Assembly (NCBI GenBank): GCA_038087875.1
Contig: JAXLNO010000382.1
Span: 1-64,000, forward strand
DNA from: Malacoraja senta
Lineage: Eukaryota
Reading direction: 5' to 3'
Length of the DNA: 64,000 nucleotides
Positions 60,268-64,000 of the stretch are shown one piece after another. The notes under the pieces are model-generated. The model saw nothing but the letters and a program-made list of their open reading frames with translations, was not told the DNA's origin and made no database searches. The position numbers were made by a program, and so were the translations under genes. Every line of letters starts with the position of its first letter. Positions within the stretch are counted from its first letter, which is position 1.

Positions 60268-63200
60268 TCGACCGCGGGGCTTGTTTTACAGAGGCCCAGG
60301 AACCGTTGGTGTGGGAGGAGTGGCGTCCGGGCTGTGAGTATAATCCTCGACCGCGGGGCTTGTTTTACAGAGGCCCAGGAGCCGTTGGTGCGGGAGGAAC
60401 CCAAATCTGTAACGTTCCACTCGCATTTCACAGTTCAAAACAAGTGGGCTTGAGGAAGCCGCTGATTGGGTGTCAGATCCCTGCTGATTTCTTCCAGCAG
60501 TTTGTATTGTATTGTATTGCACTTTGTATTGTACCCAGGGTAAGGGAGGAGTATGAGGGCCAGGGCAGTTTATTGTTCTGGATGCCAGATGTGGGAGGTC
60601 ATGGAGTCTGATAGCCTTCCAGACGTCCACATCTGCGCCAGGTGCGTCGAGATGGGGCTCCTAAAGGACTGTATTAGGAACCTGGAGCAGCAGCTCGATG
60701 ACCTCCGTCTGGTCAGGGAGAGTGAGGAGGTCATAGAAAGGCGTTATAGAGAGGTGGTCACTCCAAAACCACGGGAGACAGACAAGTGGGTCACAGTTAG
60801 GAGGGGCAAGGGGCAGAGGCAGGGACTAGAGTACCCCAGTGGCTGTACACCTTGACAATAAGTACTCATGTTTGAGTACTGTTGGGGGGGACAGCCTACC
60901 TGGGGGTAGTGACAGCGGCCGGGCCTCCGGTACAGAGATCGGCCCTGTTGCTCAGAGGGGTAAGGAAAAGAAGAGGAGGGCAGTAGTAATAGGGGACTCT
61001 ATAGTTAGGGGGTCAGACAGGCGATTCTGTGGACGCAATCGGGAGACCCGGATGGTAGTTTGCCTCCCTGGTGCCAGGGTCTGGGATGTGTCTGAACATG
61101 TCCAAGATATCCTGAAATGGGAGGGAGAGGAGCCGGAGGTCGTGGTACATATAGGTACCAATGACATAGGTAGAAAAAGGGAAGAGGTCCTGAAGGGAGA
61201 ATTTAGGGAGTTAGGAGAGTTAAGGAAAAGGACCGCAAAGGTAACAATCTCAGGATTACTGCCTGTGCCACGCGACAGTGAGAGTAGGAATGGAGCGAGG
61301 TGGAGGATAAATGCCGAGGGGGACCAATATCCTGGCGGGGAGATTTGCAAAGGCTACTGGGGAGACTTTAAACTAGAATGGTTGGGGGGAGGGACTCAAA
61401 TAGAGAAAGCTAGGAGACAGTGTGTGAGGCAGGAGGCAGAGAAGGGAAGCACTCAGACCCAACATGTAGGGGGGAAAGAAGAAAAAGATAATAAACAGAG
61501 AATAAGAGGTGGTGGGTTTCTTAAATGTGTGAGCAGAGAGACAGAGGGGTGTAAAATGACGGTAGAAGCAATAGGTAGCAAGGTGAAAAGTAAAAGTGGT
61601 AGGCAGACAAATCCAGGGCAAAAATCAAAAAGGGCCATTTTTCAACATAATTGTATAAGGGGTAAGAGTGTTGTAAAAACAAGCCTGAAGGCTTTGTGTC
61701 TCAATGCAAGGAGCATTCGTAATAAGGTGGATGAGTTGAATGTGCAGATAGCTATTAATGACTATGATATAGTTGGGTTCATGGATACATGGCTCCAGGG
61801 TGACCAAGGCTGGGAGCTGAACATCCAGGGATATTCAATATTCAGGAGGGATAGACAGAAAGTAAAAGGAGGTGGGGTAGCGTTGCTTGTTAGAGAGGAG
61901 ATTAACGCAATAGAAAGGAAGGACATTAGCTTGGAGGATGTGGAATCGATATGGGTAGAGCTGCGAAACACTAAGGGGCAGAAAACGCTAGTGGGAGTTG
62001 TGTACAGGCCACCTAACAGTAGTAGTGGAGTTGGTAATGGCATCAAACAGGAAATTAGAAATGCGTGCAACAAAGGTAAAACAGTTATAATGGGTGACTT
62101 CAATCTACATATAGATTGGGTGAATCAAATTGGCAGGGGGTGCTGAGGAAGAGGATTTCTTGGAATGTATGCGGGATATTTTCTAAATCAACATGTAGAG
62201 GAACCAACGAGAGAGCAGGCTATTCTAGACTGGGTATTGAATAATGAGGAAGGGTTAGTTAGCAGTCTTGTTGTGCGTGGCCCCTTGGGAAGAGTGACCA
62301 TAATATGGTTGAGTTCTTCATTAGGATGGAGAGTGACATAATTAATTCAGAAACAAGGGTTCTGAACTTAAAGAAAGGTAACTTTGAGGGTATGAGACAT
62401 GAATTGGCCAAGATAGACTGGCAATTGATTCTTAAAGGGTTGACGGTGGATATGCAATGGAAGGCATTTAAAGGCTGCATGGATGAACTACAACACTTGT
62501 TCATCCCAGTTTGGCAAAAGAATAAATCAGGGAGGGTAGTGGATCCGTGGATAACAAGGGAAATCAGGGATAGTATCAAAACAAAAGATGAAGCATACAA
62601 ATTAGCCAGAAAAAGCAACCTACCAGAGGACTGGGAGAAATTCAGTCCAGCAGAGGGTTTAATTAGGAAAGGGAAAATAGATTATAAAAGAAAACTGGCA
62701 GGGAACATAAAAACTGACTGCAAAAGTTTTTATAGATATGTGAAGAGAAAAAGATTAGTTAATCCCATATGTAGGGTCCCTTGCTGTCAGAAACAGGTGA
62801 ATTGATCATGGGGAACAAGGACATGGCAGAACAATTGAATAACTACTTTGGTTCTGTCTTCACTAAGGGAGACTTAATTAATCTGCCGGAAATAGCAGGG
62901 GACCGGGGGTCAAATGAGATGGAGGAACTGAGTGAAATCCTGGTTAGCCGGGAAGTGGTGTTAGGTAAATTGAATGGATTAAAGGCCGATAAATCCCAAG
63001 GGCCAGATCGGCTGCATCCCAGAGTACTTAAGGAAGTAGCCTCAGAAATAGTGGATGCATTAGTGATAATTTTTCAAAACTCTTTAGATTCTGGAGTAGT
63101 TCCTGAGGATTGGAGGGTAGCTAATGTAACCCCACTTTTTAAAAAGGGAGGGAGAGAGAAAACGGGGAATTACAGACCAGTTAGTCTAACATCGGTAGTG

Positions 63201-64000
63201 GGGAAACTGCTAGAGTCAGTTATTAAAGATGGGATAGCAGCACATTTGGAAAATGGTGAAATCATTGGACAAAGTCAGCATGGATTTATGAAAGGTAAAT
63301 CATGTCTGACGAATCTTATAGTATTTTTCGAGGATGTAACTAGTAGAGTGGATAAGGGAGAACCAGTGGATGTGTTATATCTGGACTTTCAGAAGGCTTT
63401 CGACAAGGTCCCACATAAGAGATTAATATACAAACTTAAAGCACACGGTATTGGGGGGTTCAGTATTGATGTGGATAGAGAACTGGCTTGCAGACAGGAA
63501 GCAAAGAGGAGTAGTAAACGGGTCATTTTCAGAATGGCAGGCAGTGACTAGTGGGGTACCGCAAGGCTCAGTGCTGGGACCCCAGCTATTTACAATATAT
63601 ATTAATGATTTGGACGAGGGAATTGAATGCAACATCTCCAAGTTTGCGGATGACACAAAGCTGGGGGGGCAGTGTTAGCTGTGAGGAGGGTGCTAGGAGG
63701 CTGCAAGATGACTTGGATAGGCTGGGTGAGTGGGCAAATGCATGGCAGATGCAGTATAATGTGGATAAATGTGAGGTTATCCACTTTGGTGGCAAAAACA
63801 GGAAAGTAGACTATTATCTGAATGGTGGCCGATTAGGAAAAGACAAGATGCAACGAGACCTGGGTGTCATGGTACACCAGTCATTGAAAGTAGGCATGCA
63901 GGTGCAGCAGGCAGTGAAGAAAGCGAATGGTATGTTAGCATTCATAGCAAAAGGATTTGAGTAAAGGAGCAGGGAGGTTCTACTGCAGTTGTATAAGGTC
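60268..64000 (+). mobile_element. Near full-length CR1 LINE (5' UTR, ORF1, ORF2), continuing beyond the window
   Basis: 5' tandem repeats, ORF1 from 60553, ORF2 from about 61680 (CLNARSIRNK, VYRPP, MGDFN, RT motifs) with several frameshifts. Confidence 0.93.
60553..61376 (+). pseudogene. CR1 ORF1: zinc finger/leucine zipper plus SGNH esterase, disrupted
   Basis: CSGC...HICARC, a heptad leucine run, GDSIVR (block I), PGA (block II), HIGTND (block III). Frameshift near 60835 and a deletion near 61312 removing the DxxH block; ends ...GETLN* at 61374-61376. Confidence 0.85.

Noticed and set aside
60839..62146. 435-aa esterase-endonuclease fusion ORF
   Set aside because: Created by a deletion near 61312 that shifts ORF1 into the inter-ORF spacer and ORF2 frame; a decay artefact.

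Overview
Repeat-dense vertebrate genomic DNA, most likely a cartilaginous fish (skate/ray/shark), judged from abundant HE1-type V-SINEs and HER1/CR1-type LINEs. The only clear host gene is a retinoid X receptor, most similar to RXRB, on the minus strand. Its five ligand-binding-domain exons (130, 133, 92, 106 and 148 coding bp, all GT-AG and phase-compatible) lie between 18359 and 37697. I found no hinge or DNA-binding-domain exons, so they probably lie beyond 64000. The introns and downstream region are filled with transposons: two Tc1 elements (one Passport-like and only three lesions from intact), a structurally complete DIRS1-type tyrosine-recombinase retrotransposon, many nested CR1 LINEs including a near full-length copy with a zinc-finger/esterase ORF1, a young Rex1-type LINE, an L2 fragment, Harbinger-type MITEs and many Penelope-like fragments. 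Most notable observations: (1) more than 20 copies of a minimal hammerhead-ribozyme motif carried by Penelope-like ends, including ~90-190 bp TSD-flanked mini-insertions and long hairpins folded back at the ribozyme; (2) two minisatellites seeded from that same element; (3) a DIRS integration site readable at base resolution; (4) degenerate echo copies of the RXR C-terminal/stop sequence in its 3' UTR. All calls come from reading the sequence; no searches were run, and repeat boundaries are approximate unless TSDs or TIRs are cited.
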